Source: Acidobacteriota bacterium (GTDB lineage: Bacteria > Acidobacteriota > UBA6911 > RPQK01 > JAJDTT01). From it: DNA of 64,000 nucleotides. The notes below the pieces were generated by a model that was given only the letters and a program-made list of their open reading frames with translations, made no database searches and was not told the origin of the DNA. Shown here one piece after another: positions 1 to 9,313 of the stretch. The stretch's first letter is position 1. Each line of letters begins with the position of its first letter. Where the stretch lies: NCBI GenBank assembly GCA_965263035.1, contig OZ253580.1, forward strand, positions 4,974,168 through 5,038,167, read 5' to 3'. The translations under genes and the position numbers were made by a program.

Positions 1-737
1 TTTTCATCGGGCGGGAAGACGTCGTAGAACTCGCTGGGCGGGATACGGAGCCCGTCCGAACCACCCAGGTAACTGAGGTAGATCTCGCTGAACGTCTCGC
101 CGCGCTGGTGGCGGACACAGCCCGGCAGGTCGATGCGGAGGAACATTTCGTCCGAGTCGTTGACGCTGTCGATTCTGTCCATCGAGAAGAAGTAGCGCTT
201 GCCTTTCGGGAACACCAGTAGCTGAGTCCATTGCGATCCGGCGTTGTAGCCGGGAGCGGCGTACTCGTAGCGGTAGGTCGTCTTTACGGCGACGAAATCC
301 TTGCCCCGGATCACCTGGGGTTGGACCGGCTTCATCCTGTGGCAGAGCTGGGGCCCCTCGATGATGCGCTTGGCCCGCTTACCGTGGTTGTCGTTGTTGT
401 ACAGATAACGAACCGTCTTTGTACCTTGCTCCTGCCAGGCCTCGTCGCTGCCGGGCTCCATGATCCAGTCCACAATGCAGAGCCCGTCGCCGGCTTCGCG
501 GAAGCCGGTGCTCTTATCGAGAAACGATCCCTTTTCGATGCCGGTCATCCACTGCTTGGGGTTCTTCTTGGGGATGACGGCTTCGAGTTTGCCGGTCTCG
601 ATCTTGATGGTGTTGTCGTCCTCGGTAATGCGCGCCCACGGCCCCATGCCCGCCGGTTCGGCCAGCAGCGTTCCGGCGCTGGCCAGCGCCATGAGAGTCA
701 GGACAATCAGTGGTTTGGATGAGCGATGGGTTGGCAT
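1..737 (-). CDS. secreted hypothetical protein, partial (3' end runs off the left window edge)
   Basis: Not in the ORF track. My manual minus-strand translation from ATG (complement of 735-737) gives MPTHRSSKPLIVLTLMALASAGTLLAEP..., a signal peptide. The frame stays open to position 1 and third codon positions are GC-rich. Confidence 0.6.
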   Translation of the reverse strand, partial: MPTHRSSKPLIVLTLMALASAGTLLAEPAGMGPWARITEDDNTIKIETGKLEAVIPKKNPKQWMTGIEKGSFLDKSTGFREAGDGLCIVDWIMEPGSDEAWQEQGTKTVRYLYNNDNHGKRAKRIIEGPQLCHRMKPVQPQVIRGKDFVAVKTTYRYEYAAPGYNAGSQWTQLLVFPKGKRYFFSMDRIDSVNDSDEMFLRIDLPGCVRHQRGETFSEIYLSYLGGSDGLRIPPSEFYDVFPPDE

Positions 738-963
738 GGATGTTTCCCTTGTAGTTTTGGCAGGCGTCACGCGGACCCGTCAAGCTGCCTGAGCACTTGT
801 TTCAAAACCGGACGGTCACCATCTGGTTCATATCCTCGTCGAAAGAGCAACTGCTTCGACGGAACTTCTGATCCGGAGTTCGGGACCGGACAGGGTGGTG
901 AGGTATACTGTCGATAATCCAACGGTCGAAATGGAAGTCCTGTTGAAGGCCGCGCTAAGTTCC

Positions 964-2601
964 ATGTCTCTTCCGGGTCGGCGGCTGGTCTGTGCAGCGC
1001 TTTTTGTGCTCGGCCTCATTTATTGTGCTCACTCGAGCCGCGAGGCCTCCCTTTCAGTTCGCATCCTCGATGCCGGCACCGGTCAACCCACGCCGGTGCG
1101 GGTCTTGCTGACGGACTCGGACGGCAACACTCCCCGGGTCACGGGCGCCTTGGCGGTCTCGGAATCTGCGCTCCCCATCCCGGACGCCGCCATTCCGGTC
1201 ATGTACGGGCGCTACGATCGCGCGGAAGGGTATCTGCTTCAGCCCGACGGCTCCTTCTATGTCGACGGGTCCTTCGAGGCGCAACTGCCCGCGGGGTCCT
1301 ATTCGCTCAAGCTGTCCAAGGGATATGAGTTCGTTGCGCAAACCGTGAAGCTCGATCTCGACCCGGGCGAGAGCCTTTCCCGAGAGTACAAGCTGGAGCG
1401 ATGGATCGACATGCCCGGGCGTGGCTGGTACTCGGGGGACGATCACATTCACCTGCGGCGGTCGCCGCGCGACGATCCGGCCATTCTTCGCTGGACGGCG
1501 GCAGAGGATGTGCACGTGGCGCATCTTCTCCAAATGGGGGATTTCTGGGCGACTTATTACTCTCAATATGCTTGGGGCGGCAGGGGCCGCTACCGCGAAG
1601 GGGACTACATCCTCTCGCCCGGTCAGGAAGGCCCCCGGACGCCCGAGATCGGTCACACGATTTCGCTCGGCGCGGAAGAGTTCGTTCGATTTCGGGACGA
1701 TTACTATAACTACGGCCGTGTTTTCGACCAGGTACACGAACTGGGAGGCATTACCGGCTTCGCCCATCAAGCGATGACCTTTCACGGTTATCGTGGAATG
1801 ACACTCAACGTATTGCGAGGGAAGCTCGACTTTCTCGAGGTGATGCAGTTCTGTCCACAGGAAGGGCCGCTGGCGCTGCAGCACTATTATCATTTCCTGG
1901 ATCTTGGATATCAGCTTACGGCGTTAGGTGGCTCGGACTTTCCCTGGTGTGGGCGAGGACCTCGCTTCGGCCTGGAAGAGGGGTGTTCGCAGATCGGCGA
2001 CGCCCGGTTTTATACCTATACCGGCGACAGCCTCTCGTTTGACCGCTGGCTGCAGGGCGTAAAGGCAGGCCGCACCTTCGTTACCAGCGGACCGATGCTG
2101 GAGTTTACGGTGAACGGCCGGCTTCCCGGCGAGACGCTGGATGTCGAATCGGGCACTGGTATAAGGATCTCAGCCAAAGCCTACGGGCAGGCGTCTCAAA
2201 TCCCCTTACGTCAACTGGAAATCGTAGGACATTCCAAAACGCTGAAGAAAGTCTCTGCAGGGGAGCCGGGCCAGAGTGAAGAGTTGCTTTCTATCGAGAT
2301 GGAGCTGCCGGTGCAACGTGGGATCTGGGTCGCCGCCCGGACCGATGCCGCCCACACCCAAGTCGCCCATACGACGCCAGTCTACGTCAGAGTGAACGGA
2401 GCGAGCTTCCACAACCCGGCAACGGCTGATCGCTACCTCGAGCTTTGTCGCAGCTACCTGAAGGAGTTGGAAGAGGATCTGGCCCATCCGGAGGAAAGAA
2501 ACGGCAACCAAGCCGTCCGACACAAACAGAACCTGGAACGGCAGATCATTGAAACCAGAACCGCGCTCAAGCACTTGGCTTCGCGTCTGGGCCGGGAATG
2601 A
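964..2601 (+). CDS. CehA/McbA-type (PHP-like) metallohydrolase, secreted
   Basis: ORF 895..2601. It has signal-like MSLPGRRLVCAALFVLGLIYCAHS and the GWYSGDDHIHLRRSP motif typical of the family. The start is ambiguous (895 GTG, 931 or 964 ATG). Confidence 0.55.
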   Translation: MSLPGRRLVCAALFVLGLIYCAHSSREASLSVRILDAGTGQPTPVRVLLTDSDGNTPRVTGALAVSESALPIPDAAIPVMYGRYDRAEGYLLQPDGSFYVDGSFEAQLPAGSYSLKLSKGYEFVAQTVKLDLDPGESLSREYKLERWIDMPGRGWYSGDDHIHLRRSPRDDPAILRWTAAEDVHVAHLLQMGDFWATYYSQYAWGGRGRYREGDYILSPGQEGPRTPEIGHTISLGAEEFVRFRDDYYNYGRVFDQVHELGGITGFAHQAMTFHGYRGMTLNVLRGKLDFLEVMQFCPQEGPLALQHYYHFLDLGYQLTALGGSDFPWCGRGPRFGLEEGCSQIGDARFYTYTGDSLSFDRWLQGVKAGRTFVTSGPMLEFTVNGRLPGETLDVESGTGIRISAKAYGQASQIPLRQLEIVGHSKTLKKVSAGEPGQSEELLSIEMELPVQRGIWVAARTDAAHTQVAHTTPVYVRVNGASFHNPATADRYLELCRSYLKELEEDLAHPEERNGNQAVRHKQNLERQIIETRTALKHLASRLGRE

Positions 2602-2661
2602 CTTTGCTCGGGGCTTTGAACGCAATGCACCTACCGCTCGGACTTCTTGCCGGAGGCCCTT

Positions 2662-4338
2662 TCACTGCCTGAACTGGAAGGCGTACAGGTCGGTATCATT
2701 CATGACGAACCGGAGTCGGATCGGCTTTCCGGCGAGACGACTCAGGTCCGACTGCCGGTGCCAGGTGACGATCCGGTTCATCTCGTTGGTGGTGTGAATA
2801 CGGTCGCAGTCCGCCAGTCGAAAACCTTCCAGGGGATTGTCGAACTCGTCCAGTATTTCTACCCTGAGCGTGCCTAAGGCTGAGGTGTCGACGTTTAAGA
2901 CCAGCTCCCTACCCTCAAATTTCAGGAGGGGGGTGGTAAACTGCCCTCCCGGGTACGATGCTCGAACGGAGATAAACCCGTCCCTCCGCAGAACCAGCCG
3001 ACTGAGGGCTCGAATATTCTGAACGGGACCCAGCCCCTCCCTTCGAACCGCTTCGCTTTGAGGCTGAAAGCCCCAGGCATGTATCTGATCGCTGCCGCTG
3101 TAGTACATGTACATCTCGCGCCCGTTGAGAGCGGGAACCAGGCCGAGAATCATGTAATTGGACTTTGAATCGAATTCGCCTTTCATGCCCAAGTCCACAA
3201 AGGCGCGGCGGTCGTATCGGTGCCAGTCAATGCCATCCCGACTTGCTGCAAAACGGATGTCCAGTGGTCCCGTGTTGGCAGCCGTCTGACCTTCCCGAGG
3301 CATGGTCTCTCCTTTCTTGTCCCAGAAAGATTCGAAATCGAAGACTGAATCGTTTTCGAATTCGCGGAGGAACCTGCTGTGGTAGTGGTAATAGGCCGAG
3401 GGGAACATGTAGTAAGCATCCTGGGCCCAGGGATACTTCACAGTGGCATTCGTATACAAATCCATGACCTGGACATTACGGTCTTCCCTCGAATCGTAGT
3501 GGTGGGGATCCAAGTGATCGACAGCCAGTACGACGGGCGTAACCTCGGCATTCATGAACCGTTCGAGATGGTCCGATTCGCTGCGGGCCACGGCCCTGCC
3601 CTGTGATCCGGGAGGACGCAGATTTCGGCGGATGTAGGCTGCATATTTGTGGATGCGATCATCCCAAAAGATCACATTTGGGGAATCCAGGTGGTGCTTC
3701 TTCGACTCGAAAACGATGACGGATTTGCGGGTGAGGCTCCAGTGGATTCCGTCTGGGGAAGAAAACAGGTGCAGGGCGGAAGCGGGGAGCGCAGGGGGGT
3801 TTCTGACGTAAGCCAACTGGCGAAATCTCTCTTCGGCAACTGCGTTGGGGTCCAGAAACACAGTGGTGCCGATGAGTCCCTCTTTGACGCCTCCGGCACC
3901 GTAGCCAAGAACGATGTTGTTCTCCGTGCTTCCGAAGATCTCAGCCAGACCCAGCATGGGCTTTTCCCAGTGAATCCCGTCCTGGGAGCGTGCATAAGCC
4001 AGACTCTGAAACCTCCCTTTATTCCACATCGGTTCGCCGGTGTCGGGATCCCTCTTCTTGGGAGCCCTGGCGCTGTACCAGAGGTGGTAGACATCCCCTG
4101 CCTTGATGACGGTGGAGGAGCCGGAAATTACGGTTTCCCAGGGGTGTTCCGGCGCAATCGTGATCTGGTTCGTCTTGATCGGCTGGTGAACGACCAACTC
4201 GACGCCCTCCGAAACCTCCAGCAAGCGCCCGTCGATGAACACCTGCCTTCGGCTGGCGACATCCAGAAGGTTGTTCCGGGCAGGCAGAACCGTCTGAGCC
4301 ATCAGCATGGCCAGCAGTGCAAACCATATTGTTCGCAT
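2662..4338 (-). CDS. secreted beta-propeller glycoside-hydrolase-like protein (GH32/43/130-type fold)
   Basis: Repeated DG(I)xW blades (SQDGIHWEKP, SPDGIHWS, SRDGIDWHRY). I place the start at M85 of the track ORF (MRTIWFALLAMLMAQ, signal peptide), preceded by a GGAGA Shine-Dalgarno. The 84 aa upstream read through a repeat element. Confidence 0.5.
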   Translation of the reverse strand: MRTIWFALLAMLMAQTVLPARNNLLDVASRRQVFIDGRLLEVSEGVELVVHQPIKTNQITIAPEHPWETVISGSSTVIKAGDVYHLWYSARAPKKRDPDTGEPMWNKGRFQSLAYARSQDGIHWEKPMLGLAEIFGSTENNIVLGYGAGGVKEGLIGTTVFLDPNAVAEERFRQLAYVRNPPALPASALHLFSSPDGIHWSLTRKSVIVFESKKHHLDSPNVIFWDDRIHKYAAYIRRNLRPPGSQGRAVARSESDHLERFMNAEVTPVVLAVDHLDPHHYDSREDRNVQVMDLYTNATVKYPWAQDAYYMFPSAYYHYHSRFLREFENDSVFDFESFWDKKGETMPREGQTAANTGPLDIRFAASRDGIDWHRYDRRAFVDLGMKGEFDSKSNYMILGLVPALNGREMYMYYSGSDQIHAWGFQPQSEAVRREGLGPVQNIRALSRLVLRRDGFISVRASYPGGQFTTPLLKFEGRELVLNVDTSALGTLRVEILDEFDNPLEGFRLADCDRIHTTNEMNRIVTWHRQSDLSRLAGKPIRLRFVMNDTDLYAFQFRQ

Positions 4339-4385
4339 TCCAAGTCTCCTTCCAATCCCAGGGAGCAAACCTGTCGGGGCGCACC

Positions 4386-4425
4386 AAAAAAAGCCGGCCA
4401 TCAGATCTGACAGCCGGCTTTTTTC
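4386..4425. terminator. bidirectional intrinsic terminator hairpin
   Basis: An 8-bp stem aagccggc / gccggctt is flanked by an A-run on one side and a T-run on the other. It lies downstream of the TonB-receptor gene and MITE copy A on the minus strand. Confidence 0.6.
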
Positions 4426-4438
4426 TTGCCGGTTATAA

Positions 4439-4596
4439 CAGCCCGTGGTGAAAGTCCCGCGAGCACCGAGACCGTTCCTGCGCCCGCCGGACAAGGCGCG
4501 ACGAGGGAGCATACCGGGAGTATGTGACCGAGTCGCAACGCAGTCCGCCGGGATGCAGGGACGGTCGAATGCCGTGACGACTTTTGCCACGGGCTG
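4439..4596 (+). repeat. family-1 MITE-like palindromic element, copy A
   Basis: Terminal inverted repeats CAGCCCGTGGTGAAAGTC ... GACTTTTGCCACGGGCTG. The whole unit folds as a long imperfect hairpin. Flanks are ATAA / TTAA. Confidence 0.8.
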
Positions 4597-4614
4597 TTAA
4601 CCTTGTGTCCCCGA

Positions 4615-7600
4615 TCAGAAAATGAACTTCACACCAAACTGGACGATTCGCGGGCCCGAGGAGAAGCCCTGCGTCCCAAACCCGCTGCTCCTGGGGTTGG
4701 TATTGACCGCGTTGCGGTAGCCGCCCCAGAAGTAGTGCGAATTGAGGAGATTATAGGCTTCCAACCGAAACTGGGCTTGAAACCGTTCACCGATGAAAGT
4801 GTTCTTGACAAGAGTCAACCCCACGTCCGTGGGCGCCATATCCCGGACCCCGGAAAGACGAAGGGGAAAGGTGCGCAGATTGAAGGCGGGCTGTTTGGCG
4901 GAGCTCCTCTCAAACCCGGCATTCTGGTTGAACATTCGCGTCGCCTCATGCTGGCCGACCGGGATTTTCTTGATGTCGCCCCGGAAAATAATATTCCCCC
5001 ATTTCATGGGGATTCCACTTTGCGCGAACCCAATGAAGGTTGCACTCCACCCACTGATCAGGTGACTGGCAAGGCCCGAATTGGGTCCAAAGCGCTGGCC
5101 CTTGCCGAAGGGGAAGCTGAAGGTGCCCGCAAAGCGAAGGACATGGGGACGGTCGTTAATGCCGATCGTCCTTTCCGGCGCCGGGTCAATTCCGAAACCG
5201 TTGAGGAACTGCAGTTCCTCCATGGTCTTACCCCAGGTGTAACTGCTCTGAACGTCCCAGCCCCAAAGGTCCTGTGCCCGGAATTCCATCTGCAGGGCGT
5301 TGTAGTCAGTCGAGCCGACCTTGTCGGCCCACGAGCGAAGCCCCGTAATATGGGGAAAAGGTCGCAGCAGAGCCTGCCGTTGGATTGTCGACGCCACTCC
5401 CAGAGAACCACCCACACCCTCAACTCCCTGGAACGGGTTCGGGACCCGCGCCGTCATGTAGTCGATATGGGCCTGATCCCGCTCTATCGATCTGGTCAAG
5501 TACTGCCCCGGCAGCCGGTTATGGTCGTTATTGGCAATGCCGAAGTCCCTCGTCCGGTTCCCCACATAGCGCACTTCCAGGGTGGCGTTGGGCGACAATC
5601 TGCGCTGGATGCCCAACTGAAACTGGTGAGCATAGGGGTTTGTGGTACTTCGATCGAGCCCGTGGTTCATCCAGATGAGCTGGCCCAGATTGGTCATCAG
5701 TCCATTGCTGGACCCCCTGGGTTGGTTTAAGCCACCCGGGAAGAGATCGTCCAGAGAGCCTGAAAAGGTCAAGCCTCCGTCGGTGCTGGAAAAGGCGAAT
5801 GTGCTCGTGTCGAATCCGGCAATCGGAAAACGGGCAGCGAAGTGACGCTGGTTCAGGGGGATGAAAGTACGCGAGTAGCCGCCTTTCAGGACCGTGTTGT
5901 CATTCAAACGGTAGGCCGCGCCGATCCGCGGAGAAAAGTTGTTATTGTCAGAGTCGTAGACGGTGCGGGGTTCTCCATCAACTCCGGCAAAGAGCACGCC
6001 TCCCATCAGCCGAAACTGATCCGCCGGGATTTCCCGAATCGGGTTCTTGGCATAATTTGCCTGGACCGCTGCCGAGATAGGATTCTCCACGTCAGCCGCC
6101 CATCGTGTCAGTGCCTGGTCATGCATCTCGGTGGGGGGACCTTCGCGCTCCCACCGGAGCCCGAGGTTCAAGGTGAGTCTGGGTGTGACTTTCCAGTCAT
6201 CTTGGAGATAGATGCCTGTATAGGTGGAATAATTCGCATAATCGGCACGTACGTTCCTGTTGGTGGAGGAATGGAGGCCCAACAGAAAGTCTGCCAGACC
6301 GTGGCCCCGCGGAGGGGGCGGGGAGTTGTCGAAGGGACCACTGGAAAATTGACCGGTGAAGAAAGTTCGGGCTTGATCGCTTCGAACGGAGTTGTAGACA
6401 TAGCCCCTCCATTCGGCCCCAAACCTGAAACTGTGGTTCCCCGAAATCTGGGTGAAGTGGGCGGAGGCGCTTCGAATCTCATCAACCTGCAGGCCCGGAT
6501 CGAAATTCGTAAACCCGTTGTGGCCACCGGGAAGGTTACTCAGCTTGGGGTAACCGGTGATTGAAACATAGGGAAAACCCGTAAACTCGACGTCGACGAA
6601 CTGGGACATGTTTGTGGGGAGATCCGCCCAGGTCAGTCCCCCCGCGTTGTTCCGAGCCCTTGAGGTATGCCGATTGTTCGTGGCGCGAAAGTCAGCCACG
6701 AAAGTGGGGTTGATGGTCCAAACGTCGCCGACCGAGAAATTCCAAATCTGGTGTCGCGTACCGTGCACGTCGACGCACTCGCAGCCCGGACCTCCCGGGT
6801 GATTGTCGAACATGGTCCACCCGCTGGAAGGACCGTCTGAATTGAGATACCTGCCAAACAGTGTGTGCGAATCGTTCAAGTCATGGTCGATTCGAAGAAC
6901 CGTGTGCCGGTCCGTTCTGGGAAGCGGGGTATAGCCTTTGTCGTAAAGATAGTTGCGAAAGCCGTCCGGACTCGCCCCACTCGCATTGTTGGGGGCAAGG
7001 AAGAACCCGAGGAGGGGTGCCGAAATCGGGTGGATGCGACTGGATGGAATGATATTGTTGGGGAAGGGTTGGCGCTCGACTCGCCCCTCCGCGTTCAGAA
7101 CCGCGGTCATTGGGTCGTAGAGCTGATACTCCGGGTCCAGTGCCAGCAGGTCCGAAAAGTCGCCGGACTTATGTGCCGCTCTGGGTACGGTTGCCTGAGA
7201 GTCACCGAACCTGACCTGTTCCCAATGGGTCCAGCCCAGAAAGAAGAAGGTCTTGTCCTTGATGACCGGACCTCCTCCTGTAAAACCGTAACGCTTGTAG
7301 GGAAAACTGCTTCTATTCTGTCCAGCCCTGTTGCGGACCCAGCTGTTCGCGTTGAACATGTCATGGCGCCCGAAGTAAAAGGCCTCACCGTGATAGTCAT
7401 TGGTGCCCGTTTTCATGATGACGTCAACGGTCGTGCTGCCGGTATGCCCCACACTGGCATCGAAGGTGGTGGTTTGGATGCGCACTTCCTTCACCAGTTC
7501 CGTGGTCGCATTGAAGGAAACGGCACCGCCGTCGACCGCATTGTTCCGCTGGGTGTTGGGAGTTCCGTCCATCGTAAACTCTGCAGTTCCCGTGGGCATT

Positions 7601-8181
7601 CCGTTGAACCGGACCAGACCGGATCCAGCCCGCTGATAGGGCTCCTGGTTCATACTGAAGTTGCCGTACCCTGCAGCTGAGTCGGCCGAGGGTGAAAGCA
7701 GGAAAAGATAAGTGGGGTTTCCCTGGCCGATGGGCAGCGAGGTGAGCGGCTTCTGCCCAAAGGCGACGCCCAGATCGGCATCCGCCGACTGGAGAAGCGT
7801 GGGATCAGAGGTCACCGTCACGCTGTCTTCGACCTCCCCTACGTCGAGACTGAGGTCAACCCGCACCCGCTCGTTGCTGGCGACGGGTATGTCCTCGACC
7901 ACAGCGGTTTTGAAGCCCTCGAGTGCGGCCTCAATCCGGTACTGGCCGGGCAGCAGTCCCGGGGCCTCGTAGTAACCGCTGTCGCTGGTAATCGTATTGT
8001 GGGCAATGTTGGTGGATTGATGGATGACCCTCACCTCGGTTCCCGGAACACTGGCGCCACTCGCGTCGACGACCAGGCCCGAGATAATGGCCCGATGCCC
8101 CTGAGCCAACAACGCCGAGCCGGCACCCATCAGGCAAAACACACAGATTGCGATCACGGTCCTGTAATTTGCGGTCCACAT
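4615..8181 (-). CDS. TonB-dependent receptor with N-terminal carboxypeptidase-regulatory-like domain
   Basis: 1188 aa with a signal peptide. The N-terminus (GLVVDASGASVPGTEVRV...SDSGYYEAPGLLPGQYRIEA) and the C-terminal ...GVKFIF beta-barrel ending fit the family. A GGGAGGA Shine-Dalgarno precedes the start. Confidence 0.85.
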   Translation of the reverse strand: MWTANYRTVIAICVFCLMGAGSALLAQGHRAIISGLVVDASGASVPGTEVRVIHQSTNIAHNTITSDSGYYEAPGLLPGQYRIEAALEGFKTAVVEDIPVASNERVRVDLSLDVGEVEDSVTVTSDPTLLQSADADLGVAFGQKPLTSLPIGQGNPTYLFLLSPSADSAAGYGNFSMNQEPYQRAGSGLVRFNGMPTGTAEFTMDGTPNTQRNNAVDGGAVSFNATTELVKEVRIQTTTFDASVGHTGSTTVDVIMKTGTNDYHGEAFYFGRHDMFNANSWVRNRAGQNRSSFPYKRYGFTGGGPVIKDKTFFFLGWTHWEQVRFGDSQATVPRAAHKSGDFSDLLALDPEYQLYDPMTAVLNAEGRVERQPFPNNIIPSSRIHPISAPLLGFFLAPNNASGASPDGFRNYLYDKGYTPLPRTDRHTVLRIDHDLNDSHTLFGRYLNSDGPSSGWTMFDNHPGGPGCECVDVHGTRHQIWNFSVGDVWTINPTFVADFRATNNRHTSRARNNAGGLTWADLPTNMSQFVDVEFTGFPYVSITGYPKLSNLPGGHNGFTNFDPGLQVDEIRSASAHFTQISGNHSFRFGAEWRGYVYNSVRSDQARTFFTGQFSSGPFDNSPPPPRGHGLADFLLGLHSSTNRNVRADYANYSTYTGIYLQDDWKVTPRLTLNLGLRWEREGPPTEMHDQALTRWAADVENPISAAVQANYAKNPIREIPADQFRLMGGVLFAGVDGEPRTVYDSDNNNFSPRIGAAYRLNDNTVLKGGYSRTFIPLNQRHFAARFPIAGFDTSTFAFSSTDGGLTFSGSLDDLFPGGLNQPRGSSNGLMTNLGQLIWMNHGLDRSTTNPYAHQFQLGIQRRLSPNATLEVRYVGNRTRDFGIANNDHNRLPGQYLTRSIERDQAHIDYMTARVPNPFQGVEGVGGSLGVASTIQRQALLRPFPHITGLRSWADKVGSTDYNALQMEFRAQDLWGWDVQSSYTWGKTMEELQFLNGFGIDPAPERTIGINDRPHVLRFAGTFSFPFGKGQRFGPNSGLASHLISGWSATFIGFAQSGIPMKWGNIIFRGDIKKIPVGQHEATRMFNQNAGFERSSAKQPAFNLRTFPLRLSGVRDMAPTDVGLTLVKNTFIGERFQAQFRLEAYNLLNSHYFWGGYRNAVNTNPRSSGFGTQGFSSGPRIVQFGVKFIF

Positions 8182-8284
8182 CTCTGCATCCTCCCTTTGG
8201 CGGATTAATATGTCCGCCCAGATGGCAAAATCACGCTCCTGACAGACTCAGTCAGACAACGAGACGATTTTTGCCTTGTTCTTG

Positions 8285-8445
8285 CAGTCTGTGGTGATAG
8301 TCCCGCGTAGCACCGAGACGGGGGCTGTGAGCGCCGGACAAGGCGCGGCCAGGCAGCATACTTGACCGTATGTGATCAAGGAGTTAATGGAGTGCGCCGG
8401 GATGCAGTCCCGACCGAATGCCGTGCCGACTTTTACCACGGGCTG
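8285..8445 (+). repeat. family-1 MITE-like element, copy B
   Basis: Same termini (CAGTCTGTGG ... CCACGGGCTG) and a collinear interior. TTG flanks both ends. Confidence 0.75.
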
Positions 8446-8682
8446 TTGGAAAAGAAATTGCTAGGTTACTAACAGTTAATAATTATCTAATTATCGTTGA
8501 GTTTAGCAAGAATGGTGCCACGTTACTCAAGAAGCTGACTAAGTGGAGGCATTTCTTTACTTATGTCAACTGGGCAGCCCCCGCGATCAACCCTCTTGAT
8601 CCAATAAATTGAATTTCCAAGAGGCAAAAAAGGAAAAAACCAAAAACTTGGATTTTTCGAGTGCTTTTGCCGCCCTCCCTGT

Positions 8683-8832
8683 CGGCCTGTGGCAAAAAGT
8701 CTGGGGGAGTCGGTCCGGTGTGTTGAATCGTGCCCTGCCGATGGGAAAGAAACCGTCCGCAGGACGGCAGCGGAAGAAGTGCGTGGCGACCGAGAAACTG
8801 CCGCGCAGCCCCGGGCTTTTTTCCACGGGCTG
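8683..8832 (-). repeat. divergent relative of family 1 (shared termini, different interior)
   Basis: It starts cggcctgtggcaaaaagtc and ends cttttttccacgggctg. These resemble the family-1 inverted repeats, but the interior does not align with the other copies. Confidence 0.4.
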
Positions 8833-8842
8833 CTATGGTAAA

Positions 8843-9004
8843 CAGCCCGTGGCAACAGTCGTCACGGCATTCGACCGTCCCTGCGTCCTGCCGCTGCTGT
8901 GCGTTGCGACTCGGTCACATACTCCCGGTATGCTCCCTCCGAAGCGTCTTGTCCGGCGGGCGCAGGAACGGTCTCGGTGCTCGCGCGACTTTCACCACGG
9001 ACTG
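8843..9004 (-). repeat. family-1 MITE-like element, copy C (inverted orientation)
   Basis: Its reverse complement aligns with copies A, D and E along the full length. TAAA is present on both flanks. Confidence 0.8.
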
Positions 9005-9052
9005 TAAAGACCGCTACCTCAATCAGACAGACTTTCCCTGTGTCAACGGGCC

Positions 9053-9301
9053 TTGGAAAATTTGATGTACAATTTCCCACCGAACACCTATGGGGGGCTT
9101 TGGTTCCGGATCGGAGAGGCGTTTCTGGAGGTCTCGGGGGTTCCTCACCGGGGCTGCAAGAAATTCTCGAGCCGTTACGGCGCCGACGCCCTGAAGTTCG
9201 TCAACGGACCCGGGTCGAAGGACCTCCGGCTGCGCGGATGCTTCGTCTTCGTGGTGGAGGCCGGACCTGTCCGGGTCGGCGATCCCGTCCGGAAGCTGTA
9301 G
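9053..9301 (+). pseudogene. MOSC-domain C-terminal fragment, probably a truncated gene
   Basis: 82 aa (..ENL..IGEAFLEVSGVPHRGCKKF...RGCFVFVVEAGPVRVGDPV), which matches only the C-terminal half of a MOSC domain. The reading frame opens at the TAA directly at the end of MITE copy C. Confidence 0.5.
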
Positions 9302-9313
9302 CCGAGGAAGACC

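Noticed and set aside
4339-4590. An 84-aa N-terminal extension of the beta-propeller gene (the track ORF starts at 4590).
   Set aside because: The extension reads straight through MITE copy A and the terminator hairpin. A signal peptide and a Shine-Dalgarno are present at the internal ATG 4338.
8248-8439. Apparently conserved peptides encoded inside the repeats. Family 1 gives MAKVVTAFDRPC.. / MVKVGTAFGRDC.. at 8248, 47548 and elsewhere. Family 2 gives MIYCESGRIGPYFPDFSANRTTMHLKIEKIW.. at 15558, 26122 and 29745.
   Set aside because: The conservation reflects nucleotide identity of the repeats. The frames start or end in unrelated flanking DNA and change between copies. The elements are palindromic, so both strands give similar pseudo-ORFs.
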